Made by a program: the position numbers and the translations under genes | The notes under the pieces: generated by a model | Databases searched by the model: none | What the model was told of the DNA's origin: nothing | Seen by the model: only the letters and a program-made list of their open reading frames with translations | Part shown: piece after piece, positions 44,363-54,673 of the stretch | How positions within the stretch are numbered: the stretch's first letter is position 1 | How the letters are laid out: the number at the start of each line of letters is the position of its first letter | Virus record (IMG/VR): IMGVR_UViG_3300014208_000026 | Coordinates: 1-64,000 of that record | Origin: a virus | Taxonomy: Duplodnaviria; Caudoviricetes | Reading direction: 5' to 3' (one strand) | DNA: 64,000 bases

Positions 44363-45734
44363 GATTTTGATCCTTCCCGTAGGGGACAATCCGCCGAAGG
44401 CTACTCTGTACTACGGACAGCACGTTTTGGACGTTCTGAAGGAGTTGCCGGACGAGAGTGTTCATGCGATCGTGACAAGCCCGCCTTACTATTCTTTGAG
44501 GCGGTACGGAACAGAGCCGGTGATTTTCGGGGGAGATTCGGAGTGTATTCACGAGTGGTCCGGTTCAGAGGAAGAAGGTCAGTGGACGTGTTCTAAGTGT
44601 GGGGCTTGGAAGGGGGAGTTAGGGCAAGAGCCCTCCCCCGAACTTTTTGTTTTGCATCTCGTCGAGATCCTCCATGAAGCGAAGCGGGTTCTTCGGTCGG
44701 ACGGCCAACTTTGGCTTAACCTCGGGGATAGCTTTGCTAACGACACGAAGTGGGGCGGGTCGAGCGGAGGGAAACACGTCAAGGCCCTTCACGGGGATAC
44801 AGGGATTGGGCGAGATAAGAAGTCGACGGGACTAATGCCGAAGAGCCTCATTGGAATTCCTTGGCGGGTAGCTCTGGCTCTCCAAGAAGATGGCTGGTGT
44901 CTTCGCAACGACAATATTTGGGCAAAGAAAAATTCTATGCCATCACCCGTTTCAGACAGGTTCTCTTGTAAGCACGAACACATTTTCCTGTTGACCAAGG
45001 AACCGCACTATTTCTTTGACCTGGAAGCTGTGCGGGTGCCTTTCGAGTCAGGCAGTTATGACGAGGACGGGAATCACTGTCCTTCTCAAAACTGGTTTGA
45101 GAAGAATGAGGGGGAGCGGAAGATTGACAACATAGAGGCGAACCTGGGGGATATGTCGGGGCCTCCCCGTAGAGTTGGGCGAGGGCTTTTCAATCCAGGA
45201 GGGAAGAATCCCGGGGATGTGTGGCACTTAGCTACCCACCCGTACCCCAAGGCTCATTTTGCTTGTTGGCCACCCGCTATCCCCGAACGTTGTATCAAAG
45301 CCGGTACCAGTGAGCGTGGGTATTGCCCTGTCTGCGGTGCTCCGTGGATTCGACAGGTAGAGAAAGAGAAGATTCCGGACCGACCCAATCGAGTGCAGGG
45401 TAGGGAGGGGGACACGCTCGGGGAGGCCCACGGAAAGGACGGGAGGTCCGGTTCTCGATGTAGCCTGTCCGTTCGTACTTTGGGTTGGGAGCCTTCGTGT
45501 GATTGTGGGTCAGACCTGCCCCTTACCCGTGCTGTGGTGCTTGACCTCTTTAGTGGGTCAGGCACTACAGGCATGGTCGCTCTTCAGTTGGGTAGGGACT
45601 ACATCGGAATCGACCGGTCCGAGAAATACTTGCCGATGGCCAAGGAACGGATTTCGGGTATAGAGGAGGCTCCTGAGAGCCCTGTCTCACAGGACGGGAC
45701 GCAGCCTAGCATCACCGACCTTTTCGGCCGATAG
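44352..45734 (+). CDS. beta-class N4-C/N6-A DNA methyltransferase with Cys-rich insertions
   Basis: TSPPYY, HFACWP and VLDLFSGSGTTG. Confidence 0.88.
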   Translation: MKPEILILPVGDNPPKATLYYGQHVLDVLKELPDESVHAIVTSPPYYSLRRYGTEPVIFGGDSECIHEWSGSEEEGQWTCSKCGAWKGELGQEPSPELFVLHLVEILHEAKRVLRSDGQLWLNLGDSFANDTKWGGSSGGKHVKALHGDTGIGRDKKSTGLMPKSLIGIPWRVALALQEDGWCLRNDNIWAKKNSMPSPVSDRFSCKHEHIFLLTKEPHYFFDLEAVRVPFESGSYDEDGNHCPSQNWFEKNEGERKIDNIEANLGDMSGPPRRVGRGLFNPGGKNPGDVWHLATHPYPKAHFACWPPAIPERCIKAGTSERGYCPVCGAPWIRQVEKEKIPDRPNRVQGREGDTLGEAHGKDGRSGSRCSLSVRTLGWEPSCDCGSDLPLTRAVVLDLFSGSGTTGMVALQLGRDYIGIDRSEKYLPMAKERISGIEEAPESPVSQDGTQPSITDLFGR

Positions 45735-45740
45735 GGTATA
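45730..45740 (+). promoter_or_regulatory. class II motif GATAGGGTATA
   Basis: Upstream of 45775. Confidence 0.6.
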
Positions 45741-45774
45741 GTAGGGTCGTCACTGCTTTCTGCATGAGGCCCCT

Positions 45775-47112
45775 ATGCCAGATACCACCACCACTTCAAT
45801 CCAGTCGTTCGAGGATCTCGTCAGCGTCTCCGATATCGAGAAGACTTACCGCAGTCTGGCTCCGATGGAAGTCGAGCTGGACGATGACCCCCTGGCTTAT
45901 GGCCCGAAGCGGTTGAACCTCAAGACCTCTGAGGTTCGTCGCTGTCTATCCCAGTTGGAGCGTTCCTTTTCAGAGTGGAGCCGCCAGCGGGCTACTTTGA
46001 ATCGGAGGGTTATCAAGATCAGTGCTCTCATTGAGCAGAAGATGCAAGACCTCATGGAGAACGACCCCTTGGTCCGTTCCGGTTCTTCCCGTCTCGACAG
46101 GGAGGACAGGGCGAATCGGCGGATGCGGGAGGAAGTCTCGGAGAAGACGCGGCTGGAAGAAGCCATTAATGAGATTGACAGTCTGCTTGTGGTGATCAAA
46201 GCCAAGCGGGCGGACTTGAAGGATGTTTCCGGTCGAATCAAGGACCAACTGAAGATATGCCAGGAAGAGTTAGGCCTGGGGGCTCGTTGGGGGTCCAGAC
46301 TGCCAGCGAACGCCGCTTCTATTGAGTTGGTCCCAGGTCTCGGGGCTGGAATGCTCGACACGGCTCAGGATTTGGATTCTGAATTGGAGTCTTTGATTGC
46401 CGTAGAGGAATCTGACGAGAGGAGTCGGAACACCACTCCGGCGTGGATGGATGAGGAACCTGTAGCCGAAGAGGTAGAGGAGGCCGTCGAGACGTCCGAA
46501 GAAGAGGAGCCTGAGATTCTGGTGAGCCAAGAGGTTCTGGGGGATGGAGAAAGCCCCCAGGCCATTGAGGCTGAGGTTGAGTGTTTGGCGGACGAGGTTG
46601 GTGCTCTTGTCTCAGAGCCGGAAGTGCTCGTTCAGGACAGCGGTCCGGTCGAACCAGAGGTAGTCGTTCCGGTTGAAGTGAAGGAAGAGCCCAAGCTGGA
46701 CTTGGATTTTGATCTAGGGGCTCTGCTCTCGGATGAACCTCCTGCTGTCCAGGAAGAGGAAGCCGTCGTTGAGGTTACTGTCCCTGCCCCAGAGGAGAAG
46801 GAGGAATGCTTTCCGATTCCTGAGGTAACAGAGCCCGAGGCGATTGTTTTGGAAGAACCTCCCGTTCTTGTCGCGGATACCGCCCCTGTTACCGAAGCGC
46901 CTCTTTCTCCTGCGGCTGAGGTAGAGGCTCTGTTCCTGGGGGTTTCGATCCCTTCTGGGGATTTCGATAGTGTCCAGGACCATCCTTTGGACTCCTTGCT
47001 GGCTGGAATCACCGAATCCAAGAGCACGGACAAGGTTGCCAGTGCCGTGGATTCCTTTGGTCTTCTCGTCACGCACGACGAAGAGATCATCAACGCCCTG
47101 ACCAACGACTGA
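45775..47112 (+). CDS. N-terminal coiled coil (possibly UvsY-like) plus long acidic Glu/Pro/Val-rich region
   Basis: Composition; position ahead of SSB, RuvC and RecA. Confidence 0.55.
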   Translation: MPDTTTTSIQSFEDLVSVSDIEKTYRSLAPMEVELDDDPLAYGPKRLNLKTSEVRRCLSQLERSFSEWSRQRATLNRRVIKISALIEQKMQDLMENDPLVRSGSSRLDREDRANRRMREEVSEKTRLEEAINEIDSLLVVIKAKRADLKDVSGRIKDQLKICQEELGLGARWGSRLPANAASIELVPGLGAGMLDTAQDLDSELESLIAVEESDERSRNTTPAWMDEEPVAEEVEEAVETSEEEEPEILVSQEVLGDGESPQAIEAEVECLADEVGALVSEPEVLVQDSGPVEPEVVVPVEVKEEPKLDLDFDLGALLSDEPPAVQEEEAVVEVTVPAPEEKEECFPIPEVTEPEAIVLEEPPVLVADTAPVTEAPLSPAAEVEALFLGVSIPSGDFDSVQDHPLDSLLAGITESKSTDKVASAVDSFGLLVTHDEEIINALTND

Positions 47113-47155
47113 AAAATGACCCTGTTTGTCGTTTTCCCCGAAGAGACGGGACGCC

Positions 47156-47166
47156 GATAGAGTATA
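47156..47166 (+). promoter_or_regulatory. class II motif GATAGAGTATA
   Basis: Upstream of the SSB gene. Confidence 0.62.
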
Positions 47167-47249
47167 TATAAGATCGGCTGGTCAAGCGACCTGTGGGAAC
47201 CTGTCAAAGACCGAGCCGAGAACAACCACTGTGAGAAGAGGTAAAAGAG

Positions 47250-48023
47250 ATGAGTGACCAAGAACTGCTGCAAGAGATCGGAGCGATGGAGTTCGGGATC
47301 GATTCGGGCGACGATGACGTTGGTCGGAAGCACAATCGTTGGAGCCCGAAGGAAGGCGTGTTCCGTGTTTCGTTCTTCTGGTGGAACGGCATGGACAAGG
47401 GCACGATTGACCCGTCGGCTCTGGAGGCCAAGTCTCCGAAGTTCGTCCAGGTCAAGACGTTGTTCGACGACGCCATTGGGACCAACTTCTTTGCCAAGGG
47501 CCCTGAGTACCTGAAGCTCTGCCCTGGCAAGCAGGTCAAGGAGTACATCGGCTCGATCATCGTTGTGTGGCCGATCCAGGCTGACGGTGAGATCGATATG
47601 GTTGCCGTCAAGGCGGGCAAGGCCAAGGTCTACGTTTGGCGCATGCCTCCCGACAAATATGACCAGATCAAGTCCCAGCACCGCAAGTTCCACCTGGGGG
47701 CTTCGGACGTGGAAGTGACGGTCACGGACGCCACCTACCAGAAGATGACGTTCCAGCCCTACGGCAAGTCGTTCCTCAAGCAGCTTGTCGCTAAGTATGA
47801 GGAGCCGGGGATCAAGACCGTTCTCCAGCCGCTGCTGGACAAGGCCAAGAGCCTGATCGAAGTCGGCGTGGCTTCGGAGCTGGCCCTGAACCTGTCTCTG
47901 GACGAGCTTCGTGAGCGTATGGGCAAGGGCTCTCCGGCCACTGCCACGGCGCATGCGACTGCTTCCAGCGGTGAAGTGGACGCCGAACTCGACGGTCTGA
48001 TCGATCCCACGAGCAACGACTAG
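47250..48023 (+). CDS. phage single-stranded DNA-binding protein (gp32-like)
   Basis: Aromatic-rich core, acidic tail VDAELDGLID, recombination context. Confidence 0.6.
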   Translation: MSDQELLQEIGAMEFGIDSGDDDVGRKHNRWSPKEGVFRVSFFWWNGMDKGTIDPSALEAKSPKFVQVKTLFDDAIGTNFFAKGPEYLKLCPGKQVKEYIGSIIVVWPIQADGEIDMVAVKAGKAKVYVWRMPPDKYDQIKSQHRKFHLGASDVEVTVTDATYQKMTFQPYGKSFLKQLVAKYEEPGIKTVLQPLLDKAKSLIEVGVASELALNLSLDELRERMGKGSPATATAHATASSGEVDAELDGLIDPTSND

Positions 48024-48047
48024 TCCCAGATTGCGAGGGGTCGAGAC

Positions 48048-48707
48048 ATGAGAGTTCTCGGTCTTGACCCCTCGCTTTCTCAGTTCGGTTGGGCACTCGT
48101 CGAGCTTTCCGGTCCTGAAGGCTATGCTCAGTGCCTGAGTCGTGGAAGGTTGAGGGCGCCTGCTCGCAATTTTCCTGCTTTCGTCCAGCGATACCTCCAC
48201 CAGCGGGACGAGTTGAGAACTGTGATTCAAGAACAGAAACCCGACAAAGTGTCTATCGAGTCCCCCATCTTTGGGGAAATGTACTCGGAGGGCATGTACG
48301 GGCTGTTTCTCTATTGTCACGAGGCTTTGTTGCTGGAAGGTATGGACGCCGTGCATTTCTCTCCTGGACAGACCAAAGCTTGTGCTCGGGAATGCATTCC
48401 GCGTCCTCCGAAGTGGAAGATGGAGAAAGAGGATATGGTCGAGGCCGCCAAAACCGTATCCGGTATCAAGAAGTCCTGGAATCACAACGAGGCGGATGCT
48501 TACTGGGCGGCTCACTTGGGGGCTAGGTTCTGGCTCCTTCGGGAAGGGGCAATCCAGGAAGAACACCTGGGAGCCAGGGAGCGGGATCTCTTCCTGGAGA
48601 TCCACAAGTATATGAAGGGTAAGAAGGCGGGGCAGACGGAGTATTCCGGTCTGCTCTATCGGGAAGACGATCGTTTCTTCCTGTGGTCACAACTGAAGGA
48701 GGCGTAA
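48048..48707 (+). CDS. ruvC: RuvC-like Holliday junction resolvase
   Basis: VLGLDPS, VSIESP and NHNEADAY. Confidence 0.78.
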   Translation: MRVLGLDPSLSQFGWALVELSGPEGYAQCLSRGRLRAPARNFPAFVQRYLHQRDELRTVIQEQKPDKVSIESPIFGEMYSEGMYGLFLYCHEALLLEGMDAVHFSPGQTKACARECIPRPPKWKMEKEDMVEAAKTVSGIKKSWNHNEADAYWAAHLGARFWLLREGAIQEEHLGARERDLFLEIHKYMKGKKAGQTEYSGLLYREDDRFFLWSQLKEA

Positions 48708-48708
48708 C

Positions 48709-50067
48709 ATGCCAAAAGGCATTCCTAACAAGAAGCGGATTGCTCCCGTAGAGGATCCGGATCAGGGCGAGATCGAAGAGGGTGTTGTCGAAGTCGTCGA
48801 GAAGAATGAAACCCCCAAGGCTTCTATTTCAGGAAAGCCGCCCACGGCCCTGAAGCTGGCCCTGGAGGACCTGAAGAAGGACACCAAGGGCAAAGAAGGT
48901 AGCTACGTGGTGCTGGACCCGAAGCTGCTCACTCAGTCTTTCCCTCACTGGGGGACTGGTTCGATTACTGCCGATTACTACATCGGCGGGGAGCCCAACG
49001 AGAAGGGGGTTGCACCCTGCCCGGGATTGCCCAAGGGGCGTGTGACCCTGCTGTACGGTAGAGAGTCCTCGGGCAAGACCACCCTCGCCCTTACAATGGC
49101 TGCGGCCGTGTGTAAGGCGGGGGGTACTTGCTGTTACATCGACTACGAGCAGGAAGTGAACCTGTCGTGGGCTGAGACTCTGGGGGTGCCGGTCAAGGAC
49201 GAGGCTCGGTTCCAGCTTCACCAGCCGGACAACCTTGACGCAGGGGCCTTCGTAGCTTTGAAGATGATTCAGCGGGGCGTTTCCCTGGTCATTTTCGACT
49301 CGGTCGGAGCTTCTCAGACCAAGGCGGAGAGCCTGAAGGCTCTCGACGAGGCTGCTCGCGTAGGTGCTAACGCTGGGTTCTGGAGTCGAGTGGCTCCCAC
49401 GCTGAAGAACGCCTGCAACAAGTACGGGTCCTCTTTGCTGGCTATTTCCCAGGTTCGTACGAAGGTGGACACTTCGGGCGGTAAGGCCAAGGGGGATCCT
49501 GAGAAGCCCCAGGGCGGGAACATTTGGATGCACGTCCCGAGCGTTCGTATCAAGCTTGTCCGCATCGGCGCTCTGAAGGAAGGGGTTTTCGATCCGTTCC
49601 AGAACAAGATCGAAGACGCCGTGGTCGGCCTGATCGGCAAGATGAAGATCGAGAAGTGCAAGGTCAGCCAGAACATGGGACGTGAGGGGATCTATCACCT
49701 GCGTTCCGGTTTCGGGTTCGACAATCCTACGACGATCATCGAGCTTTGTTCCAAGCACCGTATTGTCCGCAAGGACGGGTCTTGGTTCACGGTCGAAGGT
49801 CCGGACGGGAATGAGTGCCGTGCTCAGGGTCTTCGCGGTTTCCGAGAGAAGGTTCTGAAGGACGAAGCTCTGTTCAAGTTCCTTTGGAGGAAGACCGTTG
49901 AGGCGCTTTCCGCCCACGCCGCTTCTCCCGTAGAGGAAGAAGAGGTGGAGATGGTCGAGGGGGACGACGAAGCAGAAGCTCTGCTGGCGGAACTCTCTGG
50001 GGAGAAGGGTCTGTCCACGGACGGGTCTGAGATCGATGACGACGAAGGCGGGATCGAGGGCGAATAG
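48709..50067 (+). CDS. recA: RecA/UvsX recombinase
   Basis: GRESSGKTT, YIDYE, VIFDSVG, ISQVR and PQGG. Confidence 0.9.
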   Translation: MPKGIPNKKRIAPVEDPDQGEIEEGVVEVVEKNETPKASISGKPPTALKLALEDLKKDTKGKEGSYVVLDPKLLTQSFPHWGTGSITADYYIGGEPNEKGVAPCPGLPKGRVTLLYGRESSGKTTLALTMAAAVCKAGGTCCYIDYEQEVNLSWAETLGVPVKDEARFQLHQPDNLDAGAFVALKMIQRGVSLVIFDSVGASQTKAESLKALDEAARVGANAGFWSRVAPTLKNACNKYGSSLLAISQVRTKVDTSGGKAKGDPEKPQGGNIWMHVPSVRIKLVRIGALKEGVFDPFQNKIEDAVVGLIGKMKIEKCKVSQNMGREGIYHLRSGFGFDNPTTIIELCSKHRIVRKDGSWFTVEGPDGNECRAQGLRGFREKVLKDEALFKFLWRKTVEALSAHAASPVEEEEVEMVEGDDEAEALLAELSGEKGLSTDGSEIDDDEGGIEGE

Positions 50068-50081
50068 ATAGGGGGCCCTAA

Positions 50082-51467
50082 ATGGCTGTCAAAGTCCGCA
50101 TCAAAAATTTCCAGTCACTCAAGGACATCTCCTTTGAAATCAAAGGGATGACGACCATCACGGGCCAGAACAACTCTGGTAAGACCGCTATCATGCGGGC
50201 CCTGCGGGGTGTCTGGGAAAACACGGCTTGTGAGTCCTACATTCGTTCCGGAGAAGCCTATTTCTCGGTTTCGATGGATTTCGAGGACGGGCAGTCCGTG
50301 CTTTGGGAGAAGGGGACTGAGAAGCCAAACGGGAAGGGCGGGACCATCAACCGCTACGTGATCAACGGTGTCACGTACAATGACGTCGGGCAGGGGGTTC
50401 CGGAGGCTCTGGACGCACTCAAAATCACGTCCGTCCAGGCCTCCGGACACACCCTCTGGCCTCAGATCGCCACACAGTTCCCCGACACGCAGCACTCCTC
50501 CCAGGTGTTCCTGCTCGACAAGACGGGTCCGGTGATCGCAGAGGCAATCGCGGACGTGGAAAAGGTCGGGTTGTTGAACAGAGCTTTGAAGGAGTCTGAG
50601 ACTGACCGCAGGACCGCCAACGCCGAACTGAAGACTCGACGTAAGGATGAATCCGAGGTCGCAAAGGGCCTGGAGCGGTTCGAGGGCTTGGAAGAGGTCG
50701 ACGTAGAGGTCATTCGACTTGAAGAGAAGTCGGCCGAGTTGGAGGAAGCCCGTAAAGGGTTGTTGCTCCATATGCTGCTCAGGGAGAAGGTGCAGAAGGC
50801 GGCGGGGGAAGTCTCTCGACTCCTCCCTGTGGAAAAGGTAGCTGTTCCGAGTACCGAGCGGGTTGCAGAACTGGAGGGCGCCCAGAAGAATCTGGCCCTC
50901 CACACCACGTTGCGGGATAGGGTTGTGAGAACCGACAAGGAAGTCTCTCGGCTCCTGCCTATCGAGAAGGTTCTTATCCCTGGGGCCGAGCAAACCGACA
51001 AGCTGCAGAAGTACCAGAAAGCGCTTACCACGGCTTCTAGGCTGAAGGGCTCTCTTGCACAGGCTGCGGCGGAGGTTTCCCGCCTGGGGGGTGTCGAGCA
51101 AGCTATTATCCCTGACGAACCGGTTTCCGTACAAGACCTCGGGGCACAGTTGCGGCAAGCCCACGAGATCCAAGCGGCCATTAAGAAGGCGGCGGGGGAC
51201 GTGGAACGGTACTCCGCGATTGAGGGGGTTGAATTCCCCTCCTCCGATCGGCTCCTGAAGATTCAGAAGACTCTGGGGGAAGCCCTGGACTTCAAGAAGC
51301 GGTTGTCGGGGACTGCCACGGAGGTGGCTTCCCTGACGGGGCAGTTGGAGACCGCTGAGAAGGGGTATATTGCAGCAGGGGTTGAAGTCGACTCCCTGAA
51401 GGCAGAACTGGGAAGCTGTCCTCTCTGCGGAGAGGTTTTCGGTGAAGGACACTTGCATGGATCCTAA
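50082..51467 (+). CDS. SbcC/Rad50 N-terminal half: Walker A, coiled coil, zinc hook
   Basis: GQNNSGKT, IATQF and terminal CPLC; no Walker B. Confidence 0.82.
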   Translation: MAVKVRIKNFQSLKDISFEIKGMTTITGQNNSGKTAIMRALRGVWENTACESYIRSGEAYFSVSMDFEDGQSVLWEKGTEKPNGKGGTINRYVINGVTYNDVGQGVPEALDALKITSVQASGHTLWPQIATQFPDTQHSSQVFLLDKTGPVIAEAIADVEKVGLLNRALKESETDRRTANAELKTRRKDESEVAKGLERFEGLEEVDVEVIRLEEKSAELEEARKGLLLHMLLREKVQKAAGEVSRLLPVEKVAVPSTERVAELEGAQKNLALHTTLRDRVVRTDKEVSRLLPIEKVLIPGAEQTDKLQKYQKALTTASRLKGSLAQAAAEVSRLGGVEQAIIPDEPVSVQDLGAQLRQAHEIQAAIKKAAGDVERYSAIEGVEFPSSDRLLKIQKTLGEALDFKKRLSGTATEVASLTGQLETAEKGYIAAGVEVDSLKAELGSCPLCGEVFGEGHLHGS

Positions 51468-52770
51468 AATCCTGAAGGCCGCTATTGGGGATAGCCCTGG
51501 TGTCGCCTCGTTGTACTACGGACAGGACGTGCTTGAGACTCTGAAGCAGTTACCGGACCAGTCCGTTCATATGGTGGCAACTTCGCCTCCCTATTTCAAC
51601 TTGCGTTCATATTTGCCCGAAGGGCACCCTGACAAGGCACGTGAAATAGGAGTCGAGGAAACCCCAGAGGAGTACGTCGAGAAGCTGGTTGTGGTGTTCC
51701 GTGAAATCTGGAGAGTGTTACACAACTCGGGTGTGATTTGGATTAATATCGCAGATAGCTATGTGGGTGGCGGGGGCTTTTCCCCTAATGCCCCGTCAAA
51801 TCTGGCAGGTTCTAAGCAGGCTACGCAGGGCGGGGCTAAGCCTGGGGGCGTTAAGCCCTGCGGTAAGCTGAAGCCTAAAGACCTCGTTGGTATCCCCTGG
51901 CTGGTAGCCCTGGCTTTGCGGGATGATGGCTGGTATTTGAGATCCGACTGTATCTGGCATCGGATCAATAGCATGCCAGAGAGCGTTTCGGACCGCTGTA
52001 CTAGAACCCATGAGTACATTTTCATGCTGACCAAGAAGCCTAAGTATTTCTTTGACGCAGAGGCGATCAAAGAAAAGACGGCTGCGGAGACTAGAGACCC
52101 CAGTACGACGGGGGTTACGGATTTTTTCGGATCAAATGAGGACACTTCTGATTCTGTTGATATTGATGTAACGAGAAATCATAGAACAATTTGGTCTTTT
52201 TATTCTCGTCCATATAAAGGCGCTCATTTTGCTACTTTTTGCGAGGAGCTTCCTGAGACCATGATCAAGGCAGGTTCCAGCTCATGGGGTTGTTGCCCTC
52301 GCTGTCTAGCCCCTTGGAAGAGAGTATCGGGGAAGCCCTGCGAGAAGTGCGGCGCTTTCGTCAGAACGGCTGCTGTCAAGTGCCCAGGTTGCGGTCACGT
52401 TCGGGATTGGAAGAAAGGCCGTATGGCCAAGGAAGAACTTCTAGCCGGGAATTTTGATTCCGGGTCGGGAAAGCACGTTCCCAGGTTCCCGGGCAATTAC
52501 AAGAACAACACGGTCTTTGGGGAGTGGGTTCCTACCTGTAACTGTCCGGCCCATGAGCCGGTTCCATGTACCGTGCTGGACCCTTTCAGCGGGTCTGGGA
52601 CTACGGGCAGGGTAGCCCTCCGGCTGAAGCGTAACTACATCGGGATCGATTTGAACAAAGAGTACGAGGCCATGGCCGTCAAGCGAATTGACGGGGTTAC
52701 GGAGCCCGAGGTTTCTACTGACGGAATTCTGGAGCAAGGGACGCTCGTTGTTTTTGGAGCCTCAAAATGA
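51457..52770 (+). CDS. second beta-class N4-C/N6-A DNA methyltransferase
   Basis: TSPPYF, HFATF and VLDPFSGSGTTG; CPRC, CEKC and CPGC insertion. Confidence 0.88.
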   Translation: MDPKILKAAIGDSPGVASLYYGQDVLETLKQLPDQSVHMVATSPPYFNLRSYLPEGHPDKAREIGVEETPEEYVEKLVVVFREIWRVLHNSGVIWINIADSYVGGGGFSPNAPSNLAGSKQATQGGAKPGGVKPCGKLKPKDLVGIPWLVALALRDDGWYLRSDCIWHRINSMPESVSDRCTRTHEYIFMLTKKPKYFFDAEAIKEKTAAETRDPSTTGVTDFFGSNEDTSDSVDIDVTRNHRTIWSFYSRPYKGAHFATFCEELPETMIKAGSSSWGCCPRCLAPWKRVSGKPCEKCGAFVRTAAVKCPGCGHVRDWKKGRMAKEELLAGNFDSGSGKHVPRFPGNYKNNTVFGEWVPTCNCPAHEPVPCTVLDPFSGSGTTGRVALRLKRNYIGIDLNKEYEAMAVKRIDGVTEPEVSTDGILEQGTLVVFGASK

Positions 52771-53732
52771 TCAAGCTAGTTTACCGTAAAGACGCTCATC
52801 TTGCCGGACAGTCTCCGCAGTCCCGTAAGGATGACTACGCCGAGTCCATTCTCGCCAAGCTTCGACAGACTGTTGAAATCGCAGAGGAAGAGAACGCGGA
52901 CGCCCTGTTGGACGGTGGGGACCTTTTCCACGTCAAGGCACCGACGAGGAATCCCCACTATCTGACTACCCGTTTGATTGAGGCCCACTACTCCAGGGTT
53001 CGTACGTACCTGACTCCCGGGAACCACGACGTGGTGTACGGGGATATGCAGCACCTCGCCCAACAGCCCCTTGAAGTGTTGTTTGCCTCTGGGGCGATTC
53101 GACGCTTGTACGGAGAGCATGAGGCGGTGTTCGAGCGGGACGGTTTGAAGGTGCGTGTTGTCGGGGTAGCTTATCCTGGCAGGGAGTACGACAAGAGCAT
53201 TCTCGATATCAAGAAGAAGGACGAGGACTACCTCGTTGTGTCCGCACACCTCCTGGCCAGCAGCGAGGGCGGGTCTATGTTCGAGAATGAAGATATCATC
53301 TCCTACAGTGACCTCAAAGGGCTGGATGCTTCGGTCGTGCTGTTTAGTCACTGGCATAAGAACCAGGGCATTGTAGAATTTGCCCCTGGGAAGTGGGTCG
53401 TGAATATCGGGGCTCTCTCCCGAGGGTCTTTGATTCAGGACAACGTGGAGCGCACTCCCTCGGTGGCGGTTCTCTCGTTTACCAAAGAGGGCATTCAGGT
53501 TGTGGAACGGCCTCTGAAGGTTCTGCCTGCGGACGAGGTTTTCGATTTGCAGGGTAGAGTACGAGCGGAAGCCCGTACCATGACCATCGAGGATTTCGTG
53601 ACCCACGTCGATGAAATGCTGTCTCCTACGGTCACGCAATCGTTGGCTGAGACGGTGCGAAACCTGCCTGATATTCCGGAAGCTGTGCGGGAGAAGACTC
53701 TCGATTACATTGAACGAGCTAAGGTAGTCTGA
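52767..53732 (+). CDS. sbcD: SbcD/Mre11 metallophosphoesterase nuclease
   Basis: DAH, GGDLFH, GNHD and SHWH. Confidence 0.85.
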   Translation: MIKLVYRKDAHLAGQSPQSRKDDYAESILAKLRQTVEIAEEENADALLDGGDLFHVKAPTRNPHYLTTRLIEAHYSRVRTYLTPGNHDVVYGDMQHLAQQPLEVLFASGAIRRLYGEHEAVFERDGLKVRVVGVAYPGREYDKSILDIKKKDEDYLVVSAHLLASSEGGSMFENEDIISYSDLKGLDASVVLFSHWHKNQGIVEFAPGKWVVNIGALSRGSLIQDNVERTPSVAVLSFTKEGIQVVERPLKVLPADEVFDLQGRVRAEARTMTIEDFVTHVDEMLSPTVTQSLAETVRNLPDIPEAVREKTLDYIERAKVV

Positions 53733-53734
53733 CG

Positions 53735-54673
53735 ATGGAACAGCAGAAGATTCTCTATTGGACGGGGTTCGACCGTTACGAAAACTGCCCTCAGCAGTAC
53801 CTATGGTACTACGGCTGGCCCGGAATCGACGTGGGGGGAGGTCCTGGGAAAAAGAAGCCCGTCCCGAAGCAGCGGTCCGAGCACCACCTCCTCATGGGGA
53901 CTGTGATTCAGGCTGTCGTCGAGTGGATGTATCTAACCGAAGCATGGAAGAATCCGGTTACTCTGCGATCTTCCGCTCGGGAGACCCTGGACAAGCGGTT
54001 CGAGCGGGAGTTGGCTCGACGTTTTGTCGACTGGCACGAGGTTACCCGTCAGGAGATTTACGATATCTGCCTGAGCGGGGTAATGGGCTATCTGGATACG
54101 ATGGTTGCCAACCGGTTGGTTGGGGACGTGATGCGGCCCGAGATTGAGTTCATCGGTTGCCTGAAGCAAGACAGCTACCCTATTGCGGTTCGAGCGGACC
54201 TTGTGATTGTTCGCAAGAACACGAACGTTCTGCCTGGGGTGACCGTTCTAGACGGGAAGAATTCCAAGCACAAAGACAAGTACACGAATCCAGATCAGTT
54301 GAGGTGGACCGCCCTTTGCCATTATCTGCGTCAGGGGACTTTGCCAGACCGGTTGGGGTGGTGTTACTACCGATACCCTGCGGGCACTCCCATTCCTGGG
54401 ACGGATCAAGTAGAGACAGGGATTGACTGGGTGTCCTACACTCTGGACGAAGTCAAGGGTCTGGCGGCACGGGCCATCGAGGCTCACGACGGATTGTTGG
54501 CACAGAATTTCGATCCGCATCCGGTTCCGAAGGTCTGCAAGTTCTGTGATTACGAGCCCGTGTGTGAGGCTCGGCAGACTACCAAGAGGCGCCGGAAGCC
54601 CAAGCCAAGTTTGTTTGGGGATGGGGAGGATTGGTCCCCCCGTGAGGTCGAGATCGAGGGAGAGCCTGAATAG
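53735..54673 (+). CDS. PD-(D/E)XK exonuclease, AddB/Cas4-like Fe-S
   Basis: YENCPQQY, RADLV, LDGKNS and CKFCDYEPVC. Confidence 0.82.
   Translation: MEQQKILYWTGFDRYENCPQQYLWYYGWPGIDVGGGPGKKKPVPKQRSEHHLLMGTVIQAVVEWMYLTEAWKNPVTLRSSARETLDKRFERELARRFVDWHEVTRQEIYDICLSGVMGYLDTMVANRLVGDVMRPEIEFIGCLKQDSYPIAVRADLVIVRKNTNVLPGVTVLDGKNSKHKDKYTNPDQLRWTALCHYLRQGTLPDRLGWCYYRYPAGTPIPGTDQVETGIDWVSYTLDEVKGLAARAIEAHDGLLAQNFDPHPVPKVCKFCDYEPVCEARQTTKRRRKPKPSLFGDGEDWSPREVEIEGEPE

Noticed and set aside
44352-52770. Restriction-modification system
   Set aside because: No linked restriction endonuclease; neighbouring nucleases are recombination types.
53735-54673. Cas4 / CRISPR system
   Set aside because: It is a Cas4/AddB-like nuclease, but I saw no repeat-spacer array or other cas genes. 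The context is recombination.
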